A stretch of DNA of 64,000 nt from a bacterium. GTDB lineage: Bacteria; SAR324; XYD2-FULL-50-16. The stretch is from contig JAVVEA010000005.1 of assembly GCA_032250835.1 (NCBI GenBank), positions 96,001 to 160,000 on the forward strand. Direction: 5' to 3'. The translations under genes were made by a program, and so were the position numbers. The notes under the pieces were generated by a model. It had not been told where the DNA came from and searched no databases. It saw nothing but the letters and a program-made list of their open reading frames with translations. Of this stretch, positions 46,471-55,986 are shown one piece after another (position 1 is the stretch's first letter; each line of letters begins with the position of its first letter).

Positions 46471-46953
46471 ATGTTTTCAGTCAAAGCCACCTTCCACAAT
46501 GGCCAGTTCCAATTGGAAGACCCCTTGTTTTTTAAGGGTAAAGCCAAAGTGATCGTGACCCTACTTGAGGGCGACTCGCTAGATGCCAGCCAGTCCATCG
46601 AAGTAGACGACGAAGACAACTTGAGCGAAGAAGAACTCCGCGCCCTGCGCCGCTTCGAGCGCCACCGCGCCCGTGGCACCATCACCATCAATGAAGAAGG
46701 GACAGAGGAAGCCTTTAAGCTCTTTGACTACTCCAAAGGCGGCCTCAGCTTCATTTCCAAGCGGCCTTTTGAAAAAGGGCGCTTGCTCACGGCGCACCTT
46801 AAAGATGCCCTAGACAGCTCTTCTTCGGTTTTGGAATTTGAATTTGAAGTAGCCCGCTCGGTGGAGCATGGTCAGGAATTCAAAATCGGCTGTAAATTTA
46901 CCGACGACATCGACGAAGGCCTGTGGCACGACTTGATGCGAACCAGCGGTTGA
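46471..46953 (+). CDS. PilZ-domain protein with N-terminal DUF104/AF2212-like domain
   Basis: RRFERH (RxxxR), DYSKGG (DxSxxG), IGCKF; N-terminus KATFHNGQFQL..P....KVIVTLL. Confidence 0.75.
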   Translation: MFSVKATFHNGQFQLEDPLFFKGKAKVIVTLLEGDSLDASQSIEVDDEDNLSEEELRALRRFERHRARGTITINEEGTEEAFKLFDYSKGGLSFISKRPFEKGRLLTAHLKDALDSSSSVLEFEFEVARSVEHGQEFKIGCKFTDDIDEGLWHDLMRTSG

Positions 46954-46954
46954 G

Positions 46955-47557
46955 ATGGAACTAGTCATCGGTTTAGCGGACTTCATAAAGTGGAGCTGCG
47001 TCATCTACGGCTGGATGATCCTTGGCGCCTTCCTGCTCAGTTGGATCCACGCGGACCCCAACAACGGCATGGTCCGTTTCATCAACAACGCCACCCAGCC
47101 CTTCTGGTACGCCGTCAGCCACAAGCTGCCCCTTTCGCTGGTGCCCTTGGCCCCGATTGTGGCCCTATTTTTGGTGGATTATGCTGAGGTTTTCTTGCCC
47201 GGCCTAGTGCGTTCGGTGGGGGCCATGTTGGTCGCGGGATTGCCACCCGAAACGGCGGCGCTGAACATTGGCGTCTATGCTTTGTTGGCCGGTTTGATGG
47301 TGCTGCGCAGCATCATGTTTTTCCTGGGTTTGCTCTGCGTCTTGTATTTTATCTTCGGCGTGGTGGCTCCTTCTCTGGGCAACCCCATTGTCCGCAGCGT
47401 CACCTTCATGATCGACCCCTTTTTACGGCCCCTACAGCGGCTCTTGCCCCGCGCTAGCGTGGACCTTTCTCCGGTGGTTTTGGGGCTGGGGCTCTACATC
47501 GGCATGACCGCCATGATGCCCCTCTTTGTGACCTTGCAGCGGCAATTGAGCATTTAA
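46955..47557 (+). CDS. YggT-family membrane protein (two repeats)
   Basis: LSWIHADP.N..VRF....T.P and NPIVR.....DPFLRPLQR.LP...VDLSP. Confidence 0.8.
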   Translation: MELVIGLADFIKWSCVIYGWMILGAFLLSWIHADPNNGMVRFINNATQPFWYAVSHKLPLSLVPLAPIVALFLVDYAEVFLPGLVRSVGAMLVAGLPPETAALNIGVYALLAGLMVLRSIMFFLGLLCVLYFIFGVVAPSLGNPIVRSVTFMIDPFLRPLQRLLPRASVDLSPVVLGLGLYIGMTAMMPLFVTLQRQLSI

Positions 47558-47558
47558 C

Positions 47559-48659
47559 ATGCCCGAAGCCCGCGCCTCTTTAGTCCGGCGAATCCAACGC
47601 CTCGCCGGAATCGACCCCTTAGCCGATTTTGACGAAAGCTTTTTCGCCCCGACCGGTAACGATCAGGGGGCCCAGTTTTGCTTAAAAAACCTGTCGCCCG
47701 AGTTGTTAGAATTAGACCCCGCCGATGCGCACCACTTTCTTTGCGCCGAATTGGGGGCCGCTTTGGGTTTGGAATTAACGCTAGACGAGTCCGGCCTATT
47801 CGCCGAGGTCAAAACAGAGCCCCAAAAGGGTTCGCCCTTACAATTGGTTTTGGACCTCAGCGACCCCTTGCTGGTGGTGGCTCATTATCTGGGCGACGCC
47901 CGCGCCATAACGCGCCTAAACGCCCAATTAACGGCCCAGCCAGCACTCCCCCCGGCCCGTTTGGGCGGTCAAGGTTTGAGGGACCTGCGCGGCCTTTGGA
48001 CCCGCCTGTTCGAGGCCCATTTAAACTTCGAGCAATCGCCCAAACTATTTAATTACCCTCAAGGCCTCAAAGCGCAGCTCAAGGGAGCCACCGCCAGCCA
48101 GCTCTTTGGCAAGTTGCTGGGGCCCGAAAACCGCTGGGTAGAGTTGGAATTATTATCCGGCGAAACCGACCAAGGGTCCGGTGCTTGGTTATCGGTCAAC
48201 GAGTCGGCCTATCTGCTTGGCCGGGGCATGAAGACGGGACAATTCTTAGAGCCGGTCCAGGCAGCAGCAGAGCGCTTGCAGCGACGCTACCAGAGCCTTG
48301 AAGCGCTCTACTGCGCCAAACTAGAACCCCAAGGTTCCGGCTGGTTTCAGCTAGACGACCCCTGGGTAAGCGCTCGGCTGGACCAGCCGATTGAGCGGAT
48401 CGACCAATTCTTGCGCCTGCTGGGCCAAGAGACCAAGTCCTTGGAACTAGCCGGACAGTCCGAACGACTGACCCCTGAACTCTGGAGCCTATTGCTTTGT
48501 GACGCCCGAGGCGGGCAGTTGAAGCTAGAAGTGAGCCGGCAAAAACTACGCGCCCAGCTAGAAGGGCGCGCTTCGATTGCTCTGTTAGACCGCCTGGAGC
48601 GATTCTTAGCTGCTCAGGTTTGTGCTGGATTGAGCTTCCTTGAGGCCCAAGATGTTTGA
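47559..48659 (+). CDS. Hypothetical protein
   Basis: 366-aa ORF tightly packed in the operon; no motif recognised. Confidence 0.7.
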   Translation: MPEARASLVRRIQRLAGIDPLADFDESFFAPTGNDQGAQFCLKNLSPELLELDPADAHHFLCAELGAALGLELTLDESGLFAEVKTEPQKGSPLQLVLDLSDPLLVVAHYLGDARAITRLNAQLTAQPALPPARLGGQGLRDLRGLWTRLFEAHLNFEQSPKLFNYPQGLKAQLKGATASQLFGKLLGPENRWVELELLSGETDQGSGAWLSVNESAYLLGRGMKTGQFLEPVQAAAERLQRRYQSLEALYCAKLEPQGSGWFQLDDPWVSARLDQPIERIDQFLRLLGQETKSLELAGQSERLTPELWSLLLCDARGGQLKLEVSRQKLRAQLEGRASIALLDRLERFLAAQVCAGLSFLEAQDV

Positions 48660-49521
48660 ATTTGCCGCTAACGAACAATTGCTGGCCGATTGGGTGTTGG
48701 ATCAAAACCACCATAACGGCCTCTTCCCCCCGGCGAAGGGTTGGACGCTGCGTTTTAAGCTCTTTGAGCCCAAAAGTGAGCTACGCCCGCTCTTTTTGTT
48801 TGAAGCCTTAAGCGAAGGCGAACGGGTGCGTTTGCTTCCCTTAAGCCCCCTGGTATCCCCAAAGCTTTACCGCGAATTGCCCGCCTTGTGTGATGGTGCG
48901 GACCAGTTGGTGTTGCTTTGTGGGCAGGCCTATAGCGAAGAGCTGAGCGCAAAGACCGAAGGCCTACCGATCCGGCCCGTACAACTAGCCTTAAGCGAAA
49001 GCGGGATGAAGTTGGTCGGTGGAGAATTCAAAAACTCCCGCTTGGAATTCCGGTTAATGAAGACCGAATCAAAACCCCAACTCTTACCGCACCGCATGCC
49101 CCTGAATCCAGGCCTGCATGAAGACGAGGCCATCTTGGCCCGCTGTTTCCACGCCCTCTTCCACCAGCTCAACCGCCTCTGGCTGGCTGGAACGACCCAG
49201 GCCAAGCTAGATCCCCTTTGGGACCTGGCCCTACCCCTCTTTCCCTTGATGGGTAAGGCCCAGCGCAAAGAAGCCGCGGGGAGGCTGGACGAACACCTAT
49301 CGCTCCTGACCCAAGCGGGGCCGTTAAAGGGCTGGTTGGACTTAAAATGGCACCAAAAGAAACCCCAATCCCAACCGGTGCGCCAGTTGTCTTGGAGCGG
49401 CCCGCCAGAGAACCGCGCGGTTCTCTTAGCGGTGCTACGTCGCCAGGATCAGGCCCTCCATTTGCTGCGCACCCAATCCCAACAGACCAGCTATTATGAC
49501 CCAGAAACTGACGCACTTTGA
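48652..49521 (+). CDS. Hypothetical protein
   Basis: About 289-aa ORF overlapping both neighbours; ATG at 48652. Confidence 0.7.
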   Translation: MFEFAANEQLLADWVLDQNHHNGLFPPAKGWTLRFKLFEPKSELRPLFLFEALSEGERVRLLPLSPLVSPKLYRELPALCDGADQLVLLCGQAYSEELSAKTEGLPIRPVQLALSESGMKLVGGEFKNSRLEFRLMKTESKPQLLPHRMPLNPGLHEDEAILARCFHALFHQLNRLWLAGTTQAKLDPLWDLALPLFPLMGKAQRKEAAGRLDEHLSLLTQAGPLKGWLDLKWHQKKPQSQPVRQLSWSGPPENRAVLLAVLRRQDQALHLLRTQSQQTSYYDPETDAL

Positions 49522-49984
49522 CGAATCGGGCCGGGCCCGGATGGTTGATGTTTCGGCTAAATCCGAAACCAGCCGATTGGCGCTGGCCCATGCGGAAATA
49601 AAGATCAGCGCGGAGTTGGCACAAATCCTTGCCGAAGGGAGTCTTTCCAAAGGAGACGCCTTTACGGTAGCTAAAACAGCGGGCATCCTGGCGGCCAAGC
49701 GTACCGGGGAGTTGATCCCCATGTGCCACCCTTTGGGCTTAGATCAAATTGAGGTAGAAATCCGGCTGGATCAGCCGGGCGGTCGTATTTTCTTAGAAGC
49801 TACCGCCAAGTGTCAGGGTAAGACGGGTGTTGAGATGGAAGCCTTGGTGGCCGTTAATCTAGCGGCTTTGACGGTCTACGACATGTGTAAGGCCGTAGAC
49901 AAGGGGATGTTGATCGAGCGGGTCGGGCTGGTGCGCAAAGAAGGGGGCAAATCAGGCCTCTACCAGAACCCAGAGTTCGCTTAA
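49496..49984 (+). CDS. moaC: Cyclic pyranopterin monophosphate synthase MoaC
   Basis: LTHFD..G.ARMVDVS.K, AAKRT.ELIPMCHP, TGVEMEAL, YDMCKAVD, K.GGKSG. Confidence 0.97.
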   Translation: MTQKLTHFDESGRARMVDVSAKSETSRLALAHAEIKISAELAQILAEGSLSKGDAFTVAKTAGILAAKRTGELIPMCHPLGLDQIEVEIRLDQPGGRIFLEATAKCQGKTGVEMEALVAVNLAALTVYDMCKAVDKGMLIERVGLVRKEGGKSGLYQNPEFA

Positions 49985-50316
49985 AACTTCAGGCTGGAAG
50001 AATCAAAGACCAAGCGGCTGGCCAATAATTTGCCTTTAGATACCTCAAACCACTGGGCTACGTCCAAGGTGGCCCCTTCCTTTTGGTAGCGATAGAAAAG
50101 CGCTACCTGCCCACCCTCTTCTACTTCTGCTAAAATCAGGGCTTCGCCGGGCTCTAAGGGGTTGGCCTTGAGGTTCGCTAAATAAGCCGGGGCGCTTTCG
50201 CTCCTCAACAGGGGGCTTTCAAAACGGAAGTCATCGGCCAACAACTTGGCTACGCCTTCTAGGTCACGAGTGACTAAGCAGCGTAGGTATTGTCGGGCTA
50301 GTTCTAAAGAAGTCAT
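49981..50316 (-). CDS. SnoaL/NTF2-like protein
   Basis: LARQY....RDL......LADDFRFESP, WFEV..GK.....LVFD. Confidence 0.8.
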   Translation of the reverse strand: MTSLELARQYLRCLVTRDLEGVAKLLADDFRFESPLLRSESAPAYLANLKANPLEPGEALILAEVEEGGQVALFYRYQKEGATLDVAQWFEVSKGKLLASRLVFDSSSLKF

Positions 50317-51179
50317 CAGGCACTTTTAGCTAAGAGGATGGAAATTTCATAAGCAAAAGACAGGGCCACCACGATGAAGCCAGAAATAGCCCAGATGGCG
50401 GAAGCTTTGCCCCGCATCCCTTCGATGCTGCGGTCTAATAAGAAAACGGCGTAAATAGCCCAGGTAGCAACGGGCAGGCCCTGACGCAGGTTCACGCCCA
50501 TCCCACCGGAATTAGCAAATAGATTCATCCCCACGCCAGACAAGAGCCCAAAGGTAACCAGCAGGAACCCTACCGCGATTACCTTATAATTCAGTTTATC
50601 CAGGTAACCAAGGCTCGGCACCTTGCCGCCGCGTAAGTGCAGCGTCTTGGCCTTGAGTTGGTGCTCTTGGTAGAGGTAAAAGATGGAGGTCACGCAAGCT
50701 ACCGCAAAGAGCAAGTAGCCAACCATCAGGTTGCTGGCATGAAAGATCAAGATCACCTTGCCGAAGACCGGCGAACTAGAAAGATACCCCTCGGTTCCGA
50801 TCTCCCGGTGGGCGACTAGGTCCGAAAGCAGCAAAAAAAACAAGGTGAGCGGCGGGAAGATGACCTCAAAGATTTGGTTGGTATAGTAAAAATCCAACAC
50901 AAAATAGAGCGTCAAGACCAAGAGGGACCCAAAGAGAAACAGCCCTGCGGTGCTGCTAAAGGGGTCTAAGCCCAGCTCGATATAGCTCGCCACCGCGTAG
51001 ACTAACTGGAACACCAAGCCCACGAAGAGTAAACGTTCGCCGACCCGATGACTCCTTTGGCTGTCTTTAAAAAAGGACAAACAACTGAGCACCCAGCCCA
51101 GAGTGATCAGGGCGAAAAGGGTCCAAAAAAAGAGGCTTAAGCTCACGTTGACTTTGGGGCTAAAGGGTTCGTCAGACAT
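50316..51179 (-). CDS. CcsA/HemX-like cytochrome c assembly family membrane protein
   Basis: About 8 TM helices; FHAS...GY, YLYQE..LK.K, PSL..LD.LNY.....GF..LT.G..SG, W.IY, RG...A. Confidence 0.8.
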   Translation of the reverse strand: MSDEPFSPKVNVSLSLFFWTLFALITLGWVLSCLSFFKDSQRSHRVGERLLFVGLVFQLVYAVASYIELGLDPFSSTAGLFLFGSLLVLTLYFVLDFYYTNQIFEVIFPPLTLFFLLLSDLVAHREIGTEGYLSSSPVFGKVILIFHASNLMVGYLLFAVACVTSIFYLYQEHQLKAKTLHLRGGKVPSLGYLDKLNYKVIAVGFLLVTFGLLSGVGMNLFANSGGMGVNLRQGLPVATWAIYAVFLLDRSIEGMRGKASAIWAISGFIVVALSFAYEISILLAKSA

Positions 51180-51225
51180 GATGAGAAATCCAAGGGCCCC
51201 TGTCCACCCCTTTTTCGGTAGGCTT

Positions 51226-52161
51226 TTACCAGCCCTTGGGACGCTTAGATGCGCGGCCCATGGCGGCCAATAGGTCTTCACGCATTTCTAAGGTGGCGCG
51301 CCTCGCCGCTAACCCATAATCTTCGGGGGCCATATTCAACCGGTCCCAGGCGAAGAGGATGCCTCTAGAGGAGTTGATCAGCGCCCCGTAGCCCTGGTCA
51401 TTGAAGCTGGGCATCACATCGTCTCCGGTGCCGCCCTGAGCGCCATATCCGGGCACCAAAAAGGGCACGTTAGGCATCAGTTGGCGCAGCCTAGCGGCCT
51501 CGTCGGGCCAAGTGGCTCCCACCACCGCGCCCAGCGGCGCAAATCCATATCCACCGGTATGTTGGGCCGCTTGGGCTTGCAGATCTAAGGCGATCCGCTC
51601 ATAAAGCGGCATCCCATCGACCACGGCGGTCTGGTATTGACCTGAAGAGGGATTGGAAGTGCGCACCAGCAAGAAGACGCCCCGGTCTTCGGCTAGGGCG
51701 ACTCGGTAGAAGGGATCGGTGCCGTCGCTCCCGAGGTAGGGATTGACGGTCACAAAATCGGCCAGCGCTTCGGGGGACTTCCCTTGGAGCAGCGGAGCCC
51801 GACCAATATGCCCTAAGGCATACAATTGGGCCGTACTGCCGATATCGCCGCGCTTGCTGTCGTCAATGACGATCAGGCCCATCTGGCGAGCTTGGGTACA
51901 GGTCGCTTCAAAGGCGGCCAAACCAGCCGGTCCGAAGAGTTCATAACAGGCCATCTGCAGTTTCACCGCAGGCACCAAGTCGGCGACGGCTTCTAAAATG
52001 CCTAGGTTAAACTCCAACAAAGCCTCGGCTGCACCTTCTCTGCCCCCTTTCCTCCCTTGGGTTAAAAAGGGCGGCAAGCGGTCTAACAGAGGGTCCAGCC
52101 CGACCATAATCGGGCTGGCCTTGGCGTCTACTGCTTGAAACAATCGGTCGATCAAAGACAA
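51226..52161 (-). CDS. pyrF: Orotidine-5'-phosphate decarboxylase (subfamily 2)
   Basis: VGLDP, AVKLQ.A.YE, DSKRGDIGST, TVNPYLG, LVRTSNP, VVGAT, LVPGYGAQGG, NSSRGI; TTG start uncertain. Confidence 0.93.
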   Translation of the reverse strand: MSLIDRLFQAVDAKASPIMVGLDPLLDRLPPFLTQGRKGGREGAAEALLEFNLGILEAVADLVPAVKLQMACYELFGPAGLAAFEATCTQARQMGLIVIDDSKRGDIGSTAQLYALGHIGRAPLLQGKSPEALADFVTVNPYLGSDGTDPFYRVALAEDRGVFLLVRTSNPSSGQYQTAVVDGMPLYERIALDLQAQAAQHTGGYGFAPLGAVVGATWPDEAARLRQLMPNVPFLVPGYGAQGGTGDDVMPSFNDQGYGALINSSRGILFAWDRLNMAPEDYGLAARRATLEMREDLLAAMGRASKRPKGW

Positions 52162-52165
52162 GGAT

Positions 52166-52633
52166 TCAGCGTTTCTTGAGGTTGTCGATAAAGCCATGGA
52201 TCTTGGCAGTAAGGGCCTTTTGAAGATCATCAAGCTTGGCCAAGTCGCTGGGCATAGAAGCGGTTTTTTGTTTGAGGAACTTCATCAAGGTTTCTTCTAG
52301 TTCCCTAAACCGTTTGTCAATGGGGTTAACCCGGCGGCCACGCTTGCCGACTTGAACATCCAAGGTTTTGAGCAATTGGTCCATCTGCTTTTCTAAATTA
52401 CCGACCCGGCTTTCTAGGTCGCCGGTCGTTTTGCGCGGGCGGCCGCGCTTTGCCTTCGGGGCCACCTCTTTCTTAACTTTCTTGGCCTTGGCTGGAGTGG
52501 GGGCAAATTTGCTGCGGTAATGGCGCAGCGTGTTTTGCCTTACCTTCGGGAAAGCCTCGTAAAGTTCCTTATTGCCCGCTTCTGGGTTTTCTTTAAGATA
52601 GTCTTGTACTTCTTCGGCAATCGACTTAGCCAT
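52166..52633 (-). CDS. Basic putative DNA-binding protein with AT-hook and coiled coil
   Basis: Small helical N-terminal domain, Lys/Ala/Pro linker with KRGRPRK, C-terminal heptads. Confidence 0.7.
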   Translation of the reverse strand: MAKSIAEEVQDYLKENPEAGNKELYEAFPKVRQNTLRHYRSKFAPTPAKAKKVKKEVAPKAKRGRPRKTTGDLESRVGNLEKQMDQLLKTLDVQVGKRGRRVNPIDKRFRELEETLMKFLKQKTASMPSDLAKLDDLQKALTAKIHGFIDNLKKR

Positions 52634-52731
52634 AGTTTTCTCCCTCAGTGCCTCAAGAACTGATCAAAAAAACGGGGCGGCAATAGGTTCGCCTCGTAGA
52701 AAGCCCCTAAAACTATTTGGGGATAGTTGAT

Positions 52732-52760
52732 TTTATATCAGCAAATAAGAGTTTGTACAA
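52732..52760 (-). promoter_or_regulatory. Sigma70 promoter for the AT-hook/pyrF operon
   Basis: Minus strand TTGTAC-N17-TATAAA. Confidence 0.55.
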
Positions 52761-52770
52761 TAGGCTAAGC

Positions 52771-52799
52771 TTGCTCCTTTTTAATAAAGGCGGTATAAA
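52771..52799 (+). promoter_or_regulatory. Sigma70 promoter for ate-aroC
   Basis: TTGCTC-N17-TATAAA. Confidence 0.55.
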
Positions 52800-52836
52800 T
52801 AGCCCCTGATATATTTTCGAAAGCGCTAAGGAGCTT

Positions 52837-53556
52837 ATGGAAATCCCCCTCTTCGAAGCCAGTAACGGTGCCTGTCCCTATTTAAAGGGCAAAGAATGGC
52901 TCAGCTACTTGACCCACGCCGACCGCCTCGACGAGTACCTTTACGAAGCGTTGCTCAACCGCGGATTCCGGCGCAGCGGACACATTTTCTATCAGAACCA
53001 ATGTAAAGGCTGTGACGCCTGCATTCCCGTCCGCTTAAGCGCCGATAGCTTTGAGCCCACCAAGTCGCAGCGCAAGGTTTGGCGTAAGAACCAAGACCTA
53101 CGTTTAGAAATCCTGCCCGCGCGCTTTGATGAAGAGGCCTACAAAGTCTACGACGCCTTCACTAAAAGTCGCTACAACGCCTCAGCTACGGCCGAAGAGT
53201 TCCAGCAATTCCTCGTAAAAACCGCCGTAGACACCCAAATGGTCAAGTATTACCTAGAAGACCAAATAGTTGCGGTTGGCTGGCTAGATATCTTAGCCAA
53301 CTCGGTCTCCAGCGTATATTTCGCCTTCGATCCCTCCCAAGCAAAGCGCAGCCTGGGCACTTTTAGCGTGATGAAGGAGATCGAAATCTGCCGCGAAATG
53401 GGCAAAGATTATTTGCACTTGGGCTTTTGGGTTGCCGACTGTCAGGCAATGGCCTATAAAAGCAAATTTTATCCTCACCAGTTCCTGATAGACGGCGAGT
53501 GGTGCGACCCCATCCGCTACAGCGGCCAAGAACCCAACCTCCCTTATGAGCAATAG
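52837..53556 (+). CDS. Arginyl-tRNA-protein transferase family protein (ATE/Bpt, N-degron pathway)
   Basis: CPYL, GFRRSG..FY..C..C.AC.PVR, KSQR, SSVY..FDP, RSLGT, YLHLGFW...C..M.YK. Confidence 0.92.
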   Translation: MEIPLFEASNGACPYLKGKEWLSYLTHADRLDEYLYEALLNRGFRRSGHIFYQNQCKGCDACIPVRLSADSFEPTKSQRKVWRKNQDLRLEILPARFDEEAYKVYDAFTKSRYNASATAEEFQQFLVKTAVDTQMVKYYLEDQIVAVGWLDILANSVSSVYFAFDPSQAKRSLGTFSVMKEIEICREMGKDYLHLGFWVADCQAMAYKSKFYPHQFLIDGEWCDPIRYSGQEPNLPYEQ

Positions 53557-54652
53557 CTTCGGACGACTTTTCCGGATCACCACCTTTGGCGAAAGCCACG
53601 GGCGTGGCCTAGGTGTGACCTTAGACGGTTGCCCCGCCGGGCTGGCTATTGACGCCGCCTACATCCAAGCCGAACTGGACCGCCGTAAGCCCGGCCAAAG
53701 CAAGATCACCACCAGCCGTAAAGAAGAAGACCAGATCGAGATCCTTTCGGGGATCTATCAAGGCCAAACTTTAGGCACCTCGATCGGGATGGTGGTCTAC
53801 AACGCCGATGCCAAGTCAAAGCATTACGACGAACTCAAAGACCTCTACCGGCCGGGCCATGCGGACTATACCTACCAAAGCCGCTATGGGCTGCGTGACC
53901 ACCGCGGCGGCGGTCGGGCCAGCAACCGTGAAGCAGTAGGCCGCGTCGCCGCCGGAGCGGTGGCCAAGGCTTTTTTGCAAGATCTATTGGGGACCTCTTG
54001 TCTTAGTTGGGTAGAGCAAGTCCACCATATCGAAGCACAAATCGACCCCGATCAAGTGCGCTTTGAGGACATTGAGGCCAACATCGTACGTTGCCCCGAC
54101 CCCGCCAAAGCCCAAGAGATGATCGCCGCCATCAGCCAAGCTAAGACCGAGGGCAATAGCTTAGGAGGCAGCATTGGTTTCGCCGTCAAGGGCTTGCCCG
54201 CAGGCCTGGGTGCGCCGATATTCGACAAACTGACCGCCCTTTTAGCCCAAGCCTTAATGTCGATCCCCGCAACCCGCAGCGTCTCCTTTGGCTTAGGCGA
54301 AGGAGCGACCCGGCTGAAGGGATCCGAGCATAACGATGCCTTTATCCTTAGAGACGGACGGGTCTCCACCAAATCCAACCGAGCCGGCGGGATGCTCGGC
54401 GGCATGACCAACGGAGAGACCCTCTGGGGCCATGTGACCTTCAAGCCCACCGCCACCTTGATGATCGACCAAGAAACGGTCACCGCCGACGGCCGAGAAG
54501 TTATCTTCAAAGCCCGTGGCCGCCACGATCCCTGTGTATTGCCTAGGGCGGTGCCCAATGTAGACGCGATGGTGAATTTAGTGTTGGCTGATCAGCTTTT
54601 GCTGTATAGTTGCGCCAACATGGACCGACTACGCCGATCTTTGCGGCAGTAA
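53546..54652 (+). CDS. aroC: Chorismate synthase
   Basis: TTFGESHG, RPGHAD, RGGGRAS.RE, FKPT.T, GRHDPC. Confidence 0.97.
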   Translation: MSNSFGRLFRITTFGESHGRGLGVTLDGCPAGLAIDAAYIQAELDRRKPGQSKITTSRKEEDQIEILSGIYQGQTLGTSIGMVVYNADAKSKHYDELKDLYRPGHADYTYQSRYGLRDHRGGGRASNREAVGRVAAGAVAKAFLQDLLGTSCLSWVEQVHHIEAQIDPDQVRFEDIEANIVRCPDPAKAQEMIAAISQAKTEGNSLGGSIGFAVKGLPAGLGAPIFDKLTALLAQALMSIPATRSVSFGLGEGATRLKGSEHNDAFILRDGRVSTKSNRAGGMLGGMTNGETLWGHVTFKPTATLMIDQETVTADGREVIFKARGRHDPCVLPRAVPNVDAMVNLVLADQLLLYSCANMDRLRRSLRQ

Positions 54653-54676
54653 ATCAAAAATTAACGGCTATTTTAG

Positions 54677-54705
54677 TTGATCCTAGCGGTAAAGTCCTTT
54701 AGGAT
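54677..54705 (+). promoter_or_regulatory. Sigma70 promoter for dksA
   Basis: TTGATC-N17-TAGGAT. Confidence 0.45.
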
Positions 54706-54750
54706 TCATGCAAATTTCGGCAACCAAAATATATAGGGAAGGCCTGAGTC

Positions 54751-55149
54751 ATGAAAGAGATCAAGGAAATGCTGATCGAGATGCAGCAAACGATCATCGA
54801 TGAAATCGAGCAGGACCGCCGCTACTCGGACAATGCCATCACCAATGACATTGGCGACGACATCGACCACGCCAGCGAAGAACGCGACCGCGAGTTATAT
54901 CAACTGCTAGGTGAGCGGGACCGCCGCAAGCTAGAGCAGATCGCTTCGGCTTTAGAGCGCATTGAAGACAGCACCTACGGGGTCTGCGAAGATTGCGGTG
55001 CCAAGATATCCAAAAAACGCTTGATGGCCCTGCCCTTCACCGAACTCTGCATCGATTGTAAAAACGAGGAAGAACGAACCCGTGGCAAGTCCGATCTAGC
55101 CATTGATTCAGGCACCACCAAGTTCATGGATGCCGACGACGACCTCTAA
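54751..55149 (+). CDS. dksA: DksA/TraR family C4 zinc-finger protein
   Basis: GDDIDHA (DxxDxA), AL.RI...TYGVCEDCG..I...RL.ALP...LCIDCK. Confidence 0.88.
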   Translation: MKEIKEMLIEMQQTIIDEIEQDRRYSDNAITNDIGDDIDHASEERDRELYQLLGERDRRKLEQIASALERIEDSTYGVCEDCGAKISKKRLMALPFTELCIDCKNEEERTRGKSDLAIDSGTTKFMDADDDL

Positions 55150-55200
55150 TCTCCCCTAAGGGGTCGCTAGACCCCGAACCCCACGCCCCCAGGCCCGGCC

Positions 55201-55986
55201 ATGGAAAGCGTGCTGCAGTTTTCTGCGGAACAGTATTTTACCTTCTTTTTAGTGGTTTTGCGCGTCTCGGGAATGTTTGTGACCGCGCCAATCCTCTCTT
55301 CCGCCTCAGTTCCGCGCCAGCTTAGGGTCTATATGGCCCTGATGGTCTCTATGATCCTCTTCGCTGCAGTCCCGTTAGGGAACATTTACGGCAATTGGAC
55401 GGTCGCCGGTTTTTTGTCTATCGCCCTGGCCGAAACCATGGTGGGGTTGATGCTGGGCATAGTACCCCGGGTGATTTTCGCGGCCGTAGACTTTTCGGGT
55501 ACCATCATAGGTTACCAAATGGGCCTATCTCTAGCTAACGTGATGGACCCCCAGACCGAAGTACAGGTCTCGATTATCTCGAGTTTTAAGGGGCTTTTAG
55601 CAACCCTTTTGTTTGTGACCATTGACGGCCACCACATCTTTTTTGAAGTCTTAGGCACCACCTACGAGCAAATCCCCATAGGCGGGTTCAGCTTCGCCGC
55701 CAACAAGATCGACTACCTCTTACAACTCGGCGCTTTGGTGATCACCCTAGGGGTAAAGATCGGGGCACCGTTGATCGTGTCTTTATTGCTCGCGAATATT
55801 ATCTTGGGCTTTATGGCCCGCGCCATGCCGCAGATGAATATCTTTGTGGTCGGTGTCCCCTTGACCATTCTTTTGGGCTTCCTCTTGTTGTTCACCGGTA
55901 TGCCCTATATGATGACCGGCATGCAGCGGGCCTTCGACGGCATGGGCAAGCAGGTTCTTGAACTGATCGGTATTATGGCGCACTAA
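55201..55986 (+). CDS. fliR: Flagellar biosynthetic protein FliR
   Basis: RVSG.F..AP, G..IGYQMGLS.A.V.DP, DGHH, LG.MARAMPQMNIF.VG.P. Confidence 0.95.
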   Translation: MESVLQFSAEQYFTFFLVVLRVSGMFVTAPILSSASVPRQLRVYMALMVSMILFAAVPLGNIYGNWTVAGFLSIALAETMVGLMLGIVPRVIFAAVDFSGTIIGYQMGLSLANVMDPQTEVQVSIISSFKGLLATLLFVTIDGHHIFFEVLGTTYEQIPIGGFSFAANKIDYLLQLGALVITLGVKIGAPLIVSLLLANIILGFMARAMPQMNIFVVGVPLTILLGFLLLFTGMPYMMTGMQRAFDGMGKQVLELIGIMAH

